Source: Carcharhinus longimanus (lineage: Eukaryota). Taken from it: a stretch of DNA of 62,811 nucleotides. The stretch spans positions 28,024,121 through 28,086,931 of the forward strand of contig JASCQW010000150.1 of NCBI GenBank assembly GCA_030264375.1, given 5' to 3'. Under the pieces are notes generated by a model. The model was not told the origin of the DNA and ran no database searches. It was given only the letters and a program-made list of their open reading frames with translations. Positions 1-11,011 of the stretch are shown here, piece by piece. How positions within the stretch are numbered: position 1 is the first letter of the stretch; each line of letters begins with the position of its first letter. Position numbers and translations under genes: made by a program.

Positions 1-1030
1 GTAGTTTGGCCTATCTCTCTTTGTAGCTTAACCTTAGGAGTCCAGGTGGCATTTCAGTACATCTATATTACAATCTCTTCAAGGCCAATACATCTTATTT
101 AAGTTATTTTGTCCAGAACTTCCCACAGTTTTCAAAGTGTGGTCTCACCATGACTTTGTATAGTGGAAGCATGACGCCCTTTCTCATATTCTAGATACAA
201 GGCCAGCATTCTATTAGCCATTTTGATGATGTCCCTGACAAATTCATGATACTTTAATGATGTGTACTCGGGCGCCAAGTTTCTTTGGACCTCCACTGTT
301 TTGAACTTGCATTTTAGCAAGTACTCTATTCTATCCTGTTCAGGTCGAGGATCAATGACCTCACATTTGCCCACACTGAACTCTACTTGCCAGTCTTATC
401 CACTTCGTAATTCTTTGTAATTTTACACTACGCCCACAGTGCTGGCAATGCTGCCTCTTTCTTTTGTTAGCAGCAAATTTGGATATGTGGCGTTCTTTCC
501 CATCGTCTAAGTTGTTATTGAATAGTGAATCTGAGGAACCAACACAGATTTTTGAGGCATAAACAGAAAATGCTATAAAATCCCTGACAGCATCTGTGGG
601 GAGAGAATAGAGCCAACATTTCAAGTCTGCATGACTCTGCGTCAGAGCTAAAGACAATTGAAAACAGGATGAGAACAGATATTTGAGGTCCCATCAGTCA
701 CATCCTGCCAATTAGTGTAGCTGCCCATTATCTGAAAACTTTGTCATCTTCTATTCAGCCAATTTTCTAACAGGGTCAATAATTTGCCATCAATCTATGA
801 GCTTCAATTATAGTTAAGAATCTTTTATGTGGAACTTCATCAGATATCTTCTAGAAGTCCATTTAAGTGAGACCCAAAGGAAGTTCCCTGTCCAGTACAA
901 TGGATTCTTCAAAACATTCAATTAGGTTCATCAGGCATGACTCATCCGTTACAAATCCATGCTTGCTTTTTCCGAGCAGCTAAAAATGTTCAAGGTGTTC
1001 AGTCACCCTATCCTTAATTTTGGATTGTGA
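1..1030 (-). mobile_element. Degraded CR1-type LINE ORF2 (RT / C-terminal) fragment, interrupted by a short repeat at ~555-680
   Basis: ORF fragments such as HISKFAANK (KFADD-like), KLQRITKWIRLASRVQCGQM and IIKMANRMLA are typical of CR1 ORF2. Confidence 0.7.
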
Positions 1031-2244
1031 CAATTTTCCAACAACATATTCTGTCACCCATCATAAATTGTGGAATGAGATACAATTTTCTAACCTAAAG
1101 GAGTATTCCAGAATCAAGGATAGATAGTTCATAACATTCCAGAGGTAATATTACAGAGTTTGGGAAAAGAAGCTCTTGCCCACTAAACTCACACTTGATT
1201 GAATGAGTGAACCCAAGTGAGAGGAAATGCCACTGCGATGAATAGCAACAGTGAGATGCTGAATTAAGAAGATTTAATCAACTATTTCAAAATCTGCAGA
1301 GAGGTAGAGAAGGTAATAAAAGACCATGGTTACAATTAGAGAATCTGATTTCCCTGGTGATTTTGGTTAGGGTCATTGAAGTAATATGGGAAGGACAGAA
1401 ACTTGACTGACGAGACTCAAACTGAGTTGCATAAGAGTAGGCACAGATCAGGTGAGTGAACAGCATCTTTGCAATTTTTCAGAGAAAGTTGGGGTAGAAT
1501 TTTGCAATTACAGCAGCTTCGAAAGAGTGGATGGCATAGTCTCTGACAGTAAACCCTTTACAATGTTTGCAGGCACAAAGGCCAGGAAGAGAAATTTGGT
1601 GCTCAGCAGTTTATTGGGAATAGAATCATTGAAGCAAGAAACTGGTTTCATAGACAAGATGAGTTCGGACAGAGCATGAGGGAAGGTGGGAGAAAAAATA
1701 GAGATACAGGTTCAGCAATATGCAGGTGTTCCTTAACAGTGAACTCTCCAATCAGTCAACAGACACAACAAAATTTGAATCAGACAAAGCAGCCATAATT
1801 CCCCTTCTCTTTCAAGATTTCCTGCAGCAATTCTACCTGACCAGGTTAATAATTATTCAACAGATAGTCATGCAACTGAGCAAAGAGTACAGCATAAGCA
1901 CGGGATACAATCTTCAACTGGACAGGCTAGTTGAGAAATTTAACAGCATGCTAAAGTAAAGACAGTAACTAAAACTCACATGACTAGAATTTAACTCTTG
2001 CCTGTGTGTAAAGAGATAACCCTGCAGCTGACAGAATTCTCACTCCTTTGGTTAACTGCAGATGTATATCTGGACTGTCAATAGCCAAAATGACATATAA
2101 ATTTTGATGCAGGGTCACCGACCTGGAAGTTTCTTAACGGGGTCAATAATTTGCCGTCAATCTATAAACTTGAATTACAGTTAAGAATCTTTTATGTGTA
2201 ACTTCTTCAGATTTTTCTAGACTAACCCTGTTTCTCTTCACAGT

Positions 2245-2538
2245 TTTAAGTTTATTTATTAGTGCCACAACTGGCTTAAATTAACACTGCAGTGAAGTTA
2301 CTGTGAAAATCCCCTCGTTGCCACACTCCAGCACCTGTTTGGGTACACTGAGGGAGAATATAGCATAGCCAATGCACCTAACCAGCACATCCTTCGGACT
2401 GTGGGAGGAAACTGGAGCACCCAGAGGAAACCCATGCAGACACGAGGAGAACATGCAGACTCAACAGTGACCCCAGCAGGGAATCGAACCAAGGTCCCTG
2501 ATGCTGTGAGGCAGCAGAGCTGACCACTGTTGCCGCCC
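2245..2538 (-). mobile_element. tRNA-derived V-SINE (HE1-like head/core, alternative AATAAATAAAC tail)
   Basis: Minus strand has a tRNA-like head (GTGGTCAGC...GGTTCGATTCC), the V-core GGGTTTCCTCTGGGTGCTCCAGTTTCCTCCCACAGTCC, and the same tail as the 49465 copy. Confidence 0.85.
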
Positions 2539-2839
2539 AATGCTCCCTGACCTGTATTTCTATTTTTGTTTTCCAGCATCTACGGTATTTTTGCTTTTGT
2601 CGACTTAAAATTAGACTTCTTGCTCCGTGATTTCAAGCAAACTACAACAGCAAGAATTTTTGAGTTAGTTGTAAGCTAAAGATAGAAGAAGCTGGACTTG
2701 GAATTGTAGAGAGCAGATTTCCCAAAATAACAAAACAAGATTCCAAAAAAAGCAAGAAATGGGGGTCAAAAAAAAGGTCTCAGGAAGACATAAGAAACAA
2801 AGTACAAGCAGTTAAACAAGGTCCTGTTGGATGAATCAT

Positions 2840-3040
2840 TGAATCCCCACAGAACAGAAGATGATTCGACCCATCAACTCTGTACCAGCTCTCCGAAGAG
2901 CATCCTACCCAGGCCCACTCCCCTGCTCTATCCCTATAATCCTGCACATTTACCATAGCTAATCTACCTCACTTACACATCTTTGGAGACTAAGGGCAAT
3001 TTAGCATGGCCAATTCACCTAACCTGCACATCTTTGGACT
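2840..3040 (-). mobile_element. 5'-truncated HE1 SINE
   Basis: CTAAGGGCAATTTAGCATGGCCAATTCACCTAACCTGCACATCTTTGGACTGT core plus HER1-type tail. Confidence 0.75.
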
Positions 3041-4195
3041 GTTTAGAAGTTTTAGTAAAAAGCAGAGAAAGGGTTCTGAGATAAATAAACTGCCATAAGA
3101 ACTACATTTAAAGTCCGCTAGGTGAAATACCAGACAGCCAAGGTAAATCAAAAGTTTGGTGACACCTCCATACAGCCTGTGAAGCATAGCTCTGTTGGCA
3201 TGGCTGAGTACTTGAGAGATCGGATGGAAGCTTAAGTGTACATGGCAGGAATACCAAAAGTAGAGGTCGAAATCCTGGAGGTAGCTCCTTGGTGAAAGTA
3301 TCCAAGAGAAAGTATCATTTGGGGGAAGATTTCAAGCATGTTCTTTGAGGCTGGAGTTTAGAAACCCTTGTGTGGAAGTCAGAGTTCCAGTGAGACCAAC
3401 TGGCTTGAAGTGTGAAAAGCATTTGGGAGGGGATTTGATGAGAAATCCACAAGTTGTGTTTGGTGACATCTGTCACTCGGTTTCAGAGTGTATTGTTTTT
3501 GACCACAGTTGGCCTATAGTTTACATGGATGGTGTACTTGTTGAGAAAATCAGAGTATAAGGTAAAGTTTGTTACTTACGTCATCGTTATAAATATGTAT
3601 ATACCTGTAAAGGTATAGTTGGGGTGAAGGAGTATTGTGTTATAGTTAATCTTTCTTTGTTTAATACATTTTTTTGTTAAATTTTTTGTTTTTTATTTAA
3701 GAAAAACTTGGACGAGTTCATGGATGAGAGGGGTGTGGAGGAATATGGTCCAAGTGAAGGTCAGTGGGACTAGGCAAACAAATGGTTCGGCACAGACAAG
3801 AAGGGCCAAAAGGCCTGTTTCTGAGTTGTAATTTCCTGTGGTNNNNNNNNNNNNNNNNNNNNNNNNNNNNNNNNNNNNNNNNNNNNNNNNNNNNNNNNNN
3901 NNNNNNNNNNNNNNNNNNNNNNNNNNNNNNNNNNNNNNNNNNAGGGGTGTGGAGGAATATGGTCCAAGTGAAGGTCAGTGGGACTAGGCAAAAAAATGGT
4001 TCGGCACAGACAAGAAGGGCCAAAAGGCCTGTTTCTGAGTTGTAATTTCCTGTGGTTCTAAAAGTTAATTGGCAGTCCTCTGATTCTGTTCATCCACGTC
4101 TTCAAAAAAAATTGTAGCTACGATTGATTGATCAAACTAGGTTTCACCCTGGGATCAGAGTTATCCAGTAGTAACATCAATTGGGGTCGTTAACA
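3040..4195 (+). mobile_element. Possible solo-LTR-like repeat with a CR1 tail inserted at ~3700-4060
   Basis: Starts TGT and ends ...GGGGTCGTTAACA, resembling LTR-type ends from memory only. The CR1 tail spans the N gap. Confidence 0.3.
3843..3942. other. Assembly gap (others at 10218-10317, 20492-20548, 41637-41736, 42371-42470, 52531-52580)
   Basis: Runs of N. The four 100-N gaps have identical or near-identical sequence on both sides. Confidence 0.99.
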
Positions 4196-5169
4196 AGGAT
4201 ATTTGTACTGGGAGAGGGACTGAGAGTTTAGATGTGGTGAGGTGGGGACCGAAAGCCTCCTGCTCATGGCCCAGAAGCAGGACAATGAAGACACTTATTT
4301 TCTCCCTGAAGCTGCTGCCCTCACCTTCCTTTAGTTATCCATCCAGCCACAATTAATCCCATGAAACAGGTTAAACGCCAGCCTCATTAAAAGATGCTGT
4401 CAACCAAGTTTTATTTGGGAGGCTGAAAGGACAATGCTTGTCAATTTGTTCCTTGATTCTTTCCATCAGTACATTGGATCAACTACCGTATTATGTCTAG
4501 GGACTGACAACTCCTTTATATCCTTACATGACAACGACACAGCATGACCATTCAATTCCAAATTACAAAAGGCATATATTAGAGAGAGAAGGACAGGGGG
4601 ATAATCGTTGCAGTATAAACATTAAAACTACGCTGACTGAACAGAGAGAACTATAATTATTCTTTAGGAGAAGTCATTGGAGCAGGTAAATTAATCCCTT
4701 TATGGTATTTGCTTATCAGTTTTCTGTCTAGTGTTGTACCCTCAATGTCTTCTGAATTCTGTTATATTTCATTTTCTTCAATTAACTTAATATGTATATT
4801 TTAGTCACTTCAGCCATTAAAAGCCTCAAGCCTATTGCACAGGTCACTCCAATTAGGATAATTGTTAAATCTCCAGACACACGCAACTCCAAGGGAAAAG
4901 TGAACGAAAGATACAATCCTGGATAACAGGGGACAATGTGCACCTGTAAGAACTACTAACAGATTATTGAGAAATGTTTCAATGAAACTCTTAAATTGTA
5001 ATGAGATGCAACATCAAATTAACAACAGATCAGGAACGTTTCAGGTTAAATTGTTTGTGCTTAATTTCAGCTTGGTAAAATCAGCTTGATTACTATGAGT
5101 AAGTCAGCAAAGGATTCTATTACTAATCTGCATTCACTGATTCTGGCTGGAAAACATACACACTGTTTA

Positions 5170-6760
5170 CTGGTCATACAGAGTCATTCTGGCACAGGAG
5201 GAGGTTGTTTGGCCCATTGATTCCATACTGGCTTACTGTGAAGCAATCCAATCAGTTTCTTTCCCCTGTTCTATTGCACAGTCTGGAACTTTACCCAAGT
5301 GCCCATCCAGTTTCTTTTTACAAATTATTTATCATCTCTGCGTCATGGGCAGAGTGTTGCAGGTCATTTCCACTCACCACTTAAAAATTTCTTCCTCACA
5401 TCCTTCTGCATCTCTGGCCAAAAGCCTTAAATCTGCATCCCCTAATCTTGTAGTTACAGGTAATAGGTACAGATTTGCTTTGCTTATCTTATCTAAACCT
5501 ATTACCTTGTAAACCTTGATCAAATCAATCTCTTTTGCTCCAAGGAGATAAATCACAGTTTCTTCAACTTAATCTTCTGGTTAAAATTCTCAATTCCTGG
5601 AACCATTCAAGTAAATCTCCTCTGCATCCTTTCAAGGATCGTCACGTTCTTCATAAACCGCGCTGACCAGATTTTGATCCAATGTTCTAGTTTTGGCCTA
5701 ACCAGAGCTTTAGGCAGGATTCAGCGTACCTTCACTGCTTTTGTTCTCCATACTTGTATTTGTGAATCGCTAGATTCTTTATGCTTTGCTGACTGCTGTT
5801 TCAATATGTACTGTCACTTTCAAAAATGCAAATGAACCCCCAGATCCCATGTCCCTGTACACTTTTTAGAACTGCATCATTTCATCAATATTGTCTCATT
5901 CTATTCCTTCTGCCAAGTGCATCGCCTCGCACTTCTCTATTAAATTCCATCTGCTACATGTCTACTCATTCTACCAATTCTTTGACACCTCCCTCATATC
6001 TAAGGAAGATCAAGACAAGCACTTCTGTGATCATCGCTTCTGCTTCCTTTACCAATCTGGGATGTAAGTTATCTGGATCAGGAGATGTAACATAGAAAAT
6101 AGACATTCAGTCAACCATCATCCCCAGAGCTTGCGCCACAATTCAATGTGATCATGGCCAATCTCCTATCTCAACACCATACTCCTGCTCTCTCTCCATT
6201 CCCTTTGACTTATCCATTCCATACAAAATCAACCTTTCCAGTATGTCTTTCCAATGATTTTTCGTTCCATCCATTATCTGTACCATCTCAGCTTCTTCAA
6301 TATTTCGACACAATCCTCTTCGTTGGTAACACCGATACAAAGTACGCATTAATATTCAACCTGTGCCCAGTAACACTAAGCATATTTCACCACCTCCTTT
6401 GTCCCTAATCGACCCCATTCCACCTTACTGCTTGCTTACTATTTACATGCCTGTAAAACAATTCTGGATTCCCTTTCATATTCCTGTCATTCTAGTCTTG
6501 TATTCTCTCCTTGCCGGTTTTATTTTCCTCTTCACTTCACCTTTAAACTTAGTGTATTTGGCCTGGTTCCTGCATGAAGAATTCACCCAACATGCAGTTG
6601 TGTTTTGTCTCATCATGTTCTTTGTATCCTTTATCAACCAATGAGCATTGATTTTAGTTGCTTACCTTTCACGAAATACATCTAGACTTTAACTGAATTA
6701 TTAGACATCATTCATTTGATGTCCTGTCAATCTTTGGTTCCATTTTACTCTGGCTAGATC
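5170..6760 (-). mobile_element. CR1/HER1 LINE fragments (3' end and ORF2 pieces)
   Basis: ORF 5374..5556 (DLIKVYKVIGLDKI...RLLARDAEG) is a CR1 ORF2 C-terminus, with a CR1-type 3' UTR at ~5170-5300 and further ORF2 remnants beyond 6250. Confidence 0.7.
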
Positions 6761-6761
6761 T

Positions 6762-7700
6762 CATAGAAACTAGAAGCAGGAGCAAGCCATTCAGCCCTTC
6801 GAGTCTGCGCCGTTATTTATTACAATCATAGCTCATCATCAAATTCAATGTCCTGATCTGCCCTTCCCCCCCATATCAACCCCAGGACCTACATCTAGTC
6901 TCTTTTTGAAATCAGCTACTTGCTGTGCAAGTGAATTTCACACATTCACCACTCTCTGGGTGAAAAAATTTCTCCCCAACTCAGTTCTAAAAAGTTTACC
7001 CCTCCTTATCATGAAACCATGACCCCTGGTTCTGGACTCCGCTGCCATCAGGAACATTCTTTCTGAATCTACTCTGGCTAACCCTGTTGAATGGTATAAG
7101 TTTCTAAGCAATCCCTTCTCACTCTTCTGAACTCCAACGAACACAATTTAAACCGACTTAGTCTCTCATGTGACAGACCTGCCATCCCAGTAAACCTTTG
7201 CTGCACTCCCTCTATAACAAGGGCATCCTTCCTCAGACAAGGACACCAAAACAACACACAATACTCCAGGTACGGCCTCACCAACACCCTTTATGATTGC
7301 AATAAAACATTCCTACTCCTGTACTCAAATCTTCTTGCTATGAAGGCCAACATACTGTTTGCCTTCTTTACTGCTTGCTGCACCTGTGCGCTTCCTTTCA
7401 GCAACTGATGTACGAGGCCACCAAAGTTTCACTAAGCACCCATCTCTCTCAATTTACACCCATTCAAGTAATAATCTGTCTTCCTATTATTGCTAACAAA
7501 GTGGATAATCTCACATTATTCACATTATACTGCATCTGCCATGCATATACCCACTCACTCAACCTGTCCAAATCATGCTGAAACATTTCTGCATCCTCCT
7601 CACAGCTCACCCTCCCTCCATACTTTGTATCATCTACAAATTTGGAGATAATAACATTCAGTTCCCTCTTTCAAATCATTATATAATGTGAACAGTTGGG
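6762..7700 (-). mobile_element. HER1/CR1 LINE 3' portion
   Basis: LVRPYLEYCVLFWCPCLRKD...EGVQQRFT and RTRGHG...FRTELGRNFFTQRVVNV are diagnostic of the CR1 ORF2 C-terminus. Tail reads ...CCTGCTTCTAGTTTCTATG. Confidence 0.9.
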
Positions 7701-7729
7701 GACCTAGCAAGATATCCGTGGAAACTTAT

Positions 7730-8135
7730 TGACTGCTATCCCTGACACAAATACTCGATCCTTCCAGCACCAAGAAAAGATTGCAGCCTTGTGCACCATC
7801 CATAAGATGCACTGCAGGAACTCACAGGGCTCCTTAAGCAGCATGTTCCAAGCCCATGACAACTACCATGAGCAGATACCTGGGAACACCACCACCTGGA
7901 GATCCCCCTCCAAGTTACTCACCATCCTGACTTTGAAATATATCACCATTCCTTCCCTGTCGCTGAATCAAAATCCTGAATTCCCTCCCTGGCAGCACCA
8001 TGGGTGTACCTACATCTTAGGGACTGCAGCAGTTCAAGAAGGCACTGCACTACCACCTTCTCAAAGGTAACTAAGAGTGGGCAATAATTGCTGGCCTAGT
8101 CAGCAATGCCCACATACCATTAATGAATTTTAAAA
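7730..8135 (+). mobile_element. 3' end of an L2/CR1-group LINE
   Basis: Shares GGGAACACCACCACCTG...CATCCTGACTT...GGACTGCAGCAGTTCAAGAAGGC...GGGCAATAA with related copies at ~22260-22670, ~47090-47740 and ~60240-61040. Confidence 0.65.
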
Positions 8136-8199
8136 ATATTACACAAAGAGGAGAATATGCCAAAATGTGTCTGTGCCAGAACATAACCCTAATTGTCCC

Positions 8200-10210
8200 C
8201 ACTGCAGATTTTAAAGGGTTCCAATGTTGCTCCGTCATAGCTAACCTAACCAATACGTCATAGAAAGAGGAAAGCGTATTGAGCATTTTTGACAGTCGGT
8301 TTTCTCCAGCAGCTTAAGTAGACTGCCTCTGCTCACATCGTTGAATGCCTTAGTGAAATCAACGAAGGTATTGCATCATGGTCAATTCTGTTGACGATAT
8401 TTCTCTTGCAATGGCCAGACTGAGAAAATCATGTCAATCATAGAGTCTCCAGTTCTGAAACCCACACTGGCTTTCAAGCTAGATGCATTCAGCTGGGATC
8501 TGCACTTTGAGAAGGGCAACATAGGCAAATATTTTTGAAATGAAACTCAGCAGGGAAATATCTCAATCATAGTTACAATCGCTGTGGTCACATTTGTTCT
8601 TGTAAAAGGTAATAATCTTTGCATCACGCATGTCCTAAGGAATTGCTTCCTCCTTTTAGTAGGCGGAGAATTTTGTGCAGATATTGCAGGCGTGCCAGTT
8701 TCCCATGCTCGATGAATTCACACTGGAGGTATGCCCATGACAAGCAAGACAATAGCCTTGATAAATTTCTCCACTGTGGGTTCAATATCCAGCTCTGCCA
8801 CGACAGGCAGGCTTTCAATGGTGTTTAGAACTTCCTCGGTGACAGTGTTGACACTGCTGTGTTCCACCTATCTCTTCAAATGTCTATTGCAGTCAGTAAT
8901 CATCAACTTGGCCTGTGTTTTTGATACAGCTGATTTCTTTGCTGTTGGACCTGTTGCCTTTTTGATTCCTTTATACCTGCCCCTAGTATTTTCATACAGT
9001 AGAAGCCCTACAGTGCAGAAAGAGGCCATGTGGCCCATCGAGTCTATGCTGTCAACAATCCCACCTAGGCCCTATCCCAATTATTTACCCTGCTAATCCC
9101 CCTGACACTAAGGCAATTCAGCATGGCCAATCCATCTATTTTCTGTGTCAAAAGACATTTGGATATTCAGGCAAAGTTGTAACCAATAATAAATGGTGTG
9201 TAGCGTTACATGGATAGGGCCTGGGTAAGACATTCAGGTAAGAGTCGTTGTAGACTTGATGGGTCAAATGGCCTTCTGCATTGTAGGGATTCTATGCTAA
9301 TAATTGGTGCTCTGCTGGACTTACTTCAAGTGGCTTTGTGAATTCAGAAACTTCCAGTTCAGATCTCTCTTGTAATTTATGATAGTGGGCCATTTGGCTT
9401 CAATTGGAAGTTCCATCATGAATGATGTTAGCCTCAAGCCAGTCAGCATTTTTCCACACTCAATGTGTTGAGACTGCAGTATTTAGATGGTGTCTTGACA
9501 TATGTTCCTGTCTAGCATGTGTTATTGACCAGCTGCAAGTCTTCTGTCAGTCCTATGCACATAGTTCTGACATTCCAGTTTACCGACTAAAGAGTTAGTA
9601 TCATCTTTTTCTTTGTTTATTTCATTTGCTTGCCTGGTGCAAAGGCACTCGTCAAGCAGAGACTCTTAAGTTCCAAGCACCCACTGAAACAGCTGCATGA
9701 TTGCAGGTTAGTACGTTACTAGTCAGGGGCTGCCCAACTTTGGTGGCTGACCAGTGTGGTACAATAGTCCTTCCCACCATTGGAGACAACCGTAGCACCT
9801 ATTTTCTACACCAACTGAGTTGGGCTTACTCTTTCATAACTACTGCATTAAAGCTCTGCAGTAAAACCATAATGTCCTCTCCAGGTTTCAAGTCTCTACA
9901 AAATTTATAAAGACTCTGAGTTGCCCAAACATCAGGATCACCCTCTTGATCTCCACAGTTGAGTCCAAAAGTACGTAAAGCACATTTGGCACTGGCTTGG
10001 TTGCAGGAGTTGACAGAAAGGTTATATATTGAGCCCAAGTCATTCCTTATAAGTACACAGCATCTCCATTGGCAAGTCCTCAGCTTCCTTATGGCGACAC
10101 ATGGAAATTGGGTCCATCATGGTACCAGACTAAAGTTTCAGAGGGACTCAAGAGATTTGGACTCTCAGATGTGCAGTGTACAGAACCACTGGCACGTGGG
10201 CAGGCCCTGA
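8200..10210 (-). mobile_element. Degraded RTE-clade LINE (endonuclease to RT), interrupted by HE1 fragments at ~8995-9300
   Basis: Minus-strand remnants: CGFRTGDSMIDMIFSV-LQEK, FVDFTKAF and ISLLS, plus an APE endonuclease-like region at ~9700-10200. Confidence 0.75.
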
Positions 10211-10877
10211 CATTCATNNNNNNNNNNNNNNNNNNNNNNNNNNNNNNNNNNNNNNNNNNNNNNNNNNNNNNNNNNNNNNNNNNNNNNNNNNNNNNNNNNN
10301 NNNNNNNNNNNNNNNNNCTGACATTCATCAACCAAACTCCCAACTATCAGCTAATAACTCCACTGCCTTTTGGACACCCCAGGATAATAGAAGGCTAAGG
10401 TTATAAAACCCTGACAAAAAACCTGGATTGAGTCCAACGGCAGATTGATGCATCGATATAATGCAAATTCCAACGCTCTGGACAGTGAAGGCTGTGTATG
10501 TAACTGAAGCACGTAGGTTTAACTTTCATCCAATTTTCTACCTCACCCATGTCAAAGAGAACTACAAAGTCTTTACTAGTTTCTGTTGTATACCCTTGTC
10601 TGTCAATATACTGACGTCTAAAGGATTGTAAAAGACCAACTGCCTATTTGGTGGCAAATCCACATGACCAGACAGATGCATATTTAATATGGTCAACATG
10701 CAATCTTGAAAAAAGGCACCAGGATCCATAACTTAGCCAGTTTTACTTGAGTTAGGTCAGTCAACATTTAAGAAATAAAAATTATGTAGGCAACATCTGT
10801 ATTGTTGTTAGACATTTACAGACGTTTACATGTTTCAAACTCAAGAAATTCCAATTGCTTCCAGCCGTGTTACATAC

Positions 10878-11011
10878 CGTATGACTAACTGTGCCTGTAG
10901 AACTGTTGGTAGATGGAGTCTCTTCGTCTGATGTGCTGTTCAAGGTTACAGAAGAAGCTGTGATACCCTCCTCAGTTTGTTTGCTCACACCATTGGTGCC
11001 ACTGCTGGCAA
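10878..11011 (-). CDS. RANBP3: RANBP3 coding exon 9 (VASSGTNGVSKQTEEGITASSVTLNSTSDEETPSTNSSTGTVSHT)
   Basis: TATATTCCAG|TTGCCA...CATACG|GTATGT. 134 nt, phase 1 to 0. Lies inside ORF 10782..11123. The start matches human VPSSGTNGVS, and the rest is a divergent S/T-rich linker. Confidence 0.9.

Noticed and set aside
2480-2538. tRNA-like A/B boxes (also near 30200, 36470, 49710, 50590 and 57450)
   Set aside because: These are SINE heads followed by SINE cores, with no complete cloverleaf.
3729-4056. Near-identical 114-bp direct repeat on both sides of an N gap, with shorter equivalents at the gaps at 10218, 41637 and 42371
   Set aside because: The copies abut fixed 100-N gaps, which is typical of unmerged contig overlaps (assembly artefact).
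1-10877. Further RANBP3 exons (FxFG repeats, Ran-binding domain)
   Set aside because: I found no matching peptide such as FVFGQN, and the region is mostly TE-derived. The exons are probably outside the window, though a short divergent exon could have been missed.
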